NCBI GenBank assembly: GCA_036172245.1
Contig: JAYWIR010000008.1
Location: forward strand, 2,418,001 to 2,482,000
Direction of reading: 5' to 3'
Length of the DNA stretch: 64,000 nucleotides
Source: Raillietiella orientalis
Lineage: Eukaryota
Positions 58,629 through 64,000 of this stretch are shown one piece after another. The position numbers and the translations under genes were made by a program. Position 1 is the stretch's first letter, and each line of letters starts with the position of its first letter. A model generated the notes under the pieces. That model was not told the origin of the DNA and made no database searches. It saw only the letters and a program-made list of their open reading frames with translations.

Positions 58629-61600
58629 TCAATCACTGCTAACACTGTCTGCAGATAAACTACTTTGGCATTCTTTGGCACATTCATCAAGTAACTTCTG
58701 AAGTTGGCCAACAGAAGCATTTGGTACCAGAGAGCCTAAAGGTTGGAAAATTAGGACTAGCAGAAACTACAACTCTTGCTTACTTACCCACAATTTTGTG
58801 TCCATCTTCTGTACGAAGACGTACAACCTGCATTTTAGCATGCTGTGTGGAACCCAGTGAAGATGTAAGGATTTGCTCTACTTTATTCCAAATATTTAAC
58901 ACTGATCCAGCTAGGATGTTATAGATTCGTGTACGGAGGCCAACATCACATTCTAATCCAACAGTTAATCGTCGGCAATTCCCTTTCCTAGATTATTTGA
59001 CATATTTTTTTTTGTCAAACTGCTATTTTTTTTTTTTACAAACCAGTATGCATGAGAACAGATGTATTCAGATGCAACAAACTGTTCTTTCCAATGACTT
59101 TCAGCTTCTGCAACAGAGACTTTCTTGTATTTTTTTTTCAAATCACGGAAAACTTCTGGACGAATCTATCATTTCGCACAAATTATGAGCATAAACACAA
59201 GTAATTCTTGATTCCTACTTGCATGCCAGTATTGGGACGATAAATTGTGAACATGCGGTCTTCTTTTTTTTTATGGCTAGGCTCGCTGCTTCCAACAGCC
59301 AGAATTGCTGTTACTTTGTTATTACGGACCTATAGAATAGACTGGGCTCGGAAGCAATCCAAATGAGTGCCACCTGATAAGATGTGTAGAATCCTTCATC
59401 TTCATCCAGCAAGGTGGCGTACTTATCCATCGCCTCTTCCCAAGACATGCCTCTCTGAACCTGTACTGTGTGTAATTCTGTTTTGGCTCGACCTGTGGCA
59501 TGTTTACTAGTCCAAGACTGTAAATTGAGCACTTTCACTTTGTCTCCTGTCATTCCTAGGTCTGGTATCCATAGTTATTAAAAAGTGCTCCATACGCTAC
59601 TTGCCTAAAATGCCTAGGTCATAGCGACCAGTTCGCTTGGCTTGACTAATAATAGCATTGAGAGTATCCATGAAGTATTGGAAGAGCCTATTCTGCAAAT
59701 CAACAGGCATACCCAAGATCCTGGAGACAATTTTCAATATAGAACCACATTTTGAGGGCAAATGTGCACCTGTTGAGAAACTTGCTTATATTGGTGAAGT
59801 CTTTATCTAATACCCATGTATGAGGGGAAGCTTCACTTGTAACAACCAGACCAACTCCATATAACGCTTCCTGTACATCTAGAATATCAACCAATAGACT
59901 GCATTTAAAAACAATGACATTTACCTGAAAAAAATGATCCTTTATAATCCTCGGGTGGAGGTATCATAGGTGTCTCATAACCCATAATGGTTTTCAAGGT
60001 AGATTCCAGTGCAGCTCTCCCATATTTGTTGTCAATGTTGAACTTTGACAAATCACGAGTTTCAGTAGCTCTTCTATCTCCATGAGTAAGTGCACCCTGA
60101 GGATAAACAGTGTTTGATAAGACTTGTACATCCAAGCTCACCAAGCTCTCCAAGCGTTTGGCCACAATAGAAGCGAATCGCCTTTCACCTGCCAAATCGG
60201 AAATAAGGAAGACATACTCAGGTGCGCTGACCTGATTGCTCCGATGTGTTCTACCTAAGAGGGCATGCTACATAAATTCGATGAGAATATTCACCAAATT
60301 GCTGAATAGCACGATCTGCACTCCAAGGCAATTCCAGGGTTATGTGAACACGTTTCTTTTGATTTTTAGCCCTACGGTCACTTTGCAAAGATATGCCACT
60401 GCTAGCTGCCTCTGATATGATTGCTATATCTTTTTCACCATCCATAAAGCGCTGTTTTTCTGTAAGATTCAGTGTTTCTAGTGGCACATCCACTTCCGAA
60501 CGAGACTCGTACTGGATAGTGCCATCGTCCTGTTGCACTACACGACCTTTGCGACCTGTCATCTGATTTCGAAAAGGCTTAAAAAATCAAATTATTATTA
60601 AAAATTCTCACCTCGGCAACATTTTCCGGTCCTCCTAGTTCATCAATAAGTTGATCTAGTGTATTGGCAGGCAGCTGATCACCAATTTCTTCAATTCTTC
60701 TCAACAAATACTGCTTAAGCTCACAAGCTTTTTCTACAGCATCTTTGGATGGAGGTTTTGTTTCTTCTCCATTTTCAATTTTGCATTTTTTCACACTTGC
60801 ATCGCGTTTTACTTTGCTCTTGCTTTTTTTCACCTTACTTTTCCGAGATACCCAAGGGTCTAAAAATACCAGGCAATTCATTTGATACATTCTTTAGGCA
60901 TACCATCTGTGTCACTATCAGAATTGAAAGGATTGTCAACTTCACTGTCTGTGTGCTCTGACACAGCTGACCATTCTGATTCTTCGGAAGCGCTAGCTTC
61001 TTCAGATAGTTCGAATTCAGAGTCACTATTGAGTCCACTTTCATCTCCAAGTTCTTCACTTTCAGAGTGACTTTTTTCAGAGTCTGAGTCCTTGATAAGC
61101 GTTTTGTACTTTTTAACTGCTTGAGTTTTGGCTCGGCGTACTGAAAATATACATAGGGAACAACCAATAGATGCAAAAATACGATGCAACATACCAGGCT
61201 TGCGCTTTACACCAGAAGATGGAGTTGCCTCAGATAAGGAACTTAGTATTGTTTGAGGTGTTCCAATGCCAAGAAGGCGAGCAATCCTATTCCTATCTGG
61301 AGCTGGGAAGTGCTTTTCAAATAAAGTTTCCAGCACACCCCTAACAAATAAATCATAAATGAAATACTTTTCCTTCATATTTATGAATGAAGTGTTTATA
61401 CTACTCTTTAAGAAAACTCATCAAAAAAATGATTCTATAAGAATGAATAAAAGCAATTTAAAAATAAAGTCCTAGGTCCTAAGCTACATTTTTTCTCATA
61501 ATTTTGGCCCTCAAACAAAATGCAAAAGAGCTTTTAAAACTGGTACCGGTATTTAGGGCTTAAAGAGATTAAGGTTTTCAAAAAGTCTTTCATACAACAA

Positions 61601-63618
61601 TGTATTTTTATACATTGTTTGTGGCAAAGTTTTCAAATACCAAATGATCAAAATCACTCTAGAGAAAGTTCGTGTTTCATACAATAACTACATACAAAAA
61701 AAACATATATATGCAAAAAACATGATTCCATAGGAATTTTGAATAAATAACTTGTGATTCGTATGAAATTTTTTCCGACCCTGATTTCAATTTTAAACTG
61801 AATATTGGTGCTACTGTTTCTAAGCACCTACACAAATACTCATTTCTGAATTAGAAACATACTCTTCCGACTTTCACATTACAAACTGTGGCACAGTGAA
61901 ATATGGTGCTGACAAAAGTGCAAATCTCAGAGATGCACCAATGAAAAGTCTATTGCCATACCTGGCTGTAGATACAAAATCTGTGAGTTCTTCTTCTTTT
62001 TCTATCTGCTCCAAAGTTCGGGCTTCCCCAGTTGACTGCAAACCGATAACTACACATTTACCACATTTTACAGCATCTCTGAAAATTCATGCATTAAAGG
62101 GCATTTACAATTCCTGGAACCATACGTGGCCAATTTTACAGCATGACGCACTTTTGCTGCAATGCAAAGATATTTGAAGAACCTTTGATGTGCTGACCAA
62201 AACTGTCCCCACATTGTTTTGCGCATTTTTTGTTCAGCATCCAGAAGTTCAGCTGCTTGTTGAAAAATATCCCGCGCTTCTACCCACTGTATTCACTAAA
62301 TGAATGCAATCCCAAGGGCTGCTAAACTTACCAGCTTCACTGAACGATCGTACATCTCAATGAATTGTGCTGTTAATGGCACTTCCTCAACTTTAAATGT
62401 AACCCCTTGGAAACTAAGCTGGCGAGCAATATAGGAACCACGCAACTTGACATCCATTGCTAGAATCTCCATAGCACCAACTCCTCTACACCTGCTTTCC
62501 ACAATTCTGCTCTTTTATAAAGTTCGCTTACCTTTTTTCCACAGCAGATATGAAATCATTAAACTCTTTGTACGGAGTTCCTGGTCCCCAAATTCCTAGT
62601 CGAACCATGTATGCCATGTTACGAGGTTCTGATGCTCCTGTAGCAGATGCATACACTACCCTTGCTTTAGGTAGCTTATTTTGGAGCTCAACTACAGTCT
62701 GACCAGTTTTTGTAGACTTGCCTGATCCCACAGGACATAAATTTTTTGCTCTGTGGCATTCATCAAAGATAAGCTGATTGTTAAGGATAGAATGCTATTC
62801 CTATTTCTCAGTAGCAAGCAAATACGAAAAGGATACCAATCCACTATAGTCGCTACCACACCATTCCAACAACTGCTTTAAGCGAGTGTTAAATCTGCCA
62901 TTACCCTGTGATTCACCTATGAGTGATGAATAAGTGGAATAGATAACTCCTTTGTGAATGTTCCCATTAGCAGGTGAATTGATTTTGGCATATTTTAGCT
63001 AAAATGCATTAAATGGCACAAGTTTCATGGTTCTTACCTTGTTTAAAGCATGAACATCAATTTTGTGTGCACCTATGTCCCGGAGATCTCTCTCAGAGTC
63101 ATATTTCAGATCATTCGATACGGAAATCCACACTGCTTTTTTCCGGTTTTGGATCCAATTTTCCAAAATAACGCCTGCTAGAGTTCTTCCTTTCCCAACT
63201 CCAGCACCATCACCTATTCAAGAAATGAACATTCACAATAATCTTGGACACAAAACAAACCTATTAAAAAACCAGCACGCATTCCATTAGGGAGCATTTG
63301 TTCATGTTGCTGACATGCGTACACAATAGCTTCTAGCTGCAAAGCAGACAATTTTCCACTCCTCATGATTTCAGACTCTAAATGCAGTTGATATGCGATA
63401 TCTGGTGATTCAACACTAGCTAAAGATGCAGTTTCAACAACAGAATCAGGATGTCTTCTGCCAATTTTCACTATTTAAAAGAAGCCGAAAGATGCATGTA
63501 GGGTACAAAATTTCAACTTACATTTACTAGGCATATAGTCGGCATATGTCTCAGCATGTCCTAATTCATCATCCTCATCATCTTCTGCAGCCATATTTTC
63601 AGCCATAGGAAGTTGTGA
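58629..63618 (-). CDS. SBNO1: Strawberry notch homolog (SBNO/sno, DExD/H-like helicase-related nuclear protein); 21 exons: 63522-63618, 63261-63470, 63038-63213, 62837-62998, 62532-62773, 62332-62485, 62126-62286, 61962-62078, 61195-61340, 60904-61140, 60612-60859, 60295-60562, 60142-60254, 59925-60096, 59770-59878, 59605-59720, 59374-59561, 59219-59329, 59044-59165, 58788-58987, 58629-58735
   Basis: Spliced frame contains [119 protein letters not shown] and [11 protein letters not shown]. All junction phases checked by hand; TGA at 58631-58629. The true start (ATG at 63606 or further upstream) is uncertain. Confidence 0.97.
59562..59604 (-). other. GC-AG intron in SBNO
   Basis: Donor TAG|gcaagt, acceptor taccag|. 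This junction restores the conserved YDLGILDLG frame; the nearby GT at 59600 is out of phase. Confidence 0.85.
62774..62836 (-). other. U12-type (minor spliceosome) GT-AG intron in SBNO
   Basis: 5' splice site GTATCCTTTT, branch site TCCTTAAC (62787-62780) immediately before aatcag, no polypyrimidine tract. Removal gives YSGL|LIFDECH. Confidence 0.92.
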
Positions 63619-64000
63619 CTAAGGTAAAATCAAATGCATATCATGATGATGATTAATTGAAACAATTGAATACGTACTTAAATCATAACGCCATTTAGAA
63701 AAGAAAAAAACAAAAACAAAAACAAAACAGCGTTATCTATCTCTATAGTAATAATAATACATACAGTCCAATTTACAGCAATAGCTAAACATGCCACAGT
63801 CAATGTTTTGATTCGATAATTTTCACATGTATACAAGCTGGAGTAATTTTACTGTGTTACAGAAGAGAAAATTCGAATATTTTTGTGAATGTAATGCGTA
63901 AAATATTATAATTATAAAAAACGTAATTGTTTCTTTTCATGGTTTGAAATTCTCCTCTCTTTTTTTTTCTCATAATTTTTCTTTCCCACTCAACATGGTT

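Overview
Animal (probably arthropod-like) nuclear DNA in two sharply different compartments. Bases 1 to ~53,300 are GC- and CpG-rich and almost entirely non-coding. They carry only two clear exons of a minus-strand discoidin domain receptor (DDR) gene, separated by a 6.9-kb intron, plus minisatellites, poly-G/C and (CG)n tracts and heavily decayed retrotransposon fragments; nearly all ORFs in the track here are GC-content artefacts. Bases ~53,300-64,000 are AT-rich and gene-dense, with introns mostly 39-63 nt. They hold a Tantalus/PRR14-like gene (+), COX6A (-) and 21 exons of strawberry notch/SBNO (-), the last including a U12-type GT-AG intron and a GC-AG intron. The most interesting unexplained element is a ~625-nt, relatively GC-rich, structured island just upstream of COX6A (56,325-56,948, minus strand). 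It has the architecture of a 7SK-like Pol III RNA: 5' GGAGUUG pairs with CAACUCC near the 3' end, followed by a terminal hairpin and a U10 tract. All calls come from reading the sequence by eye; no searches were run.
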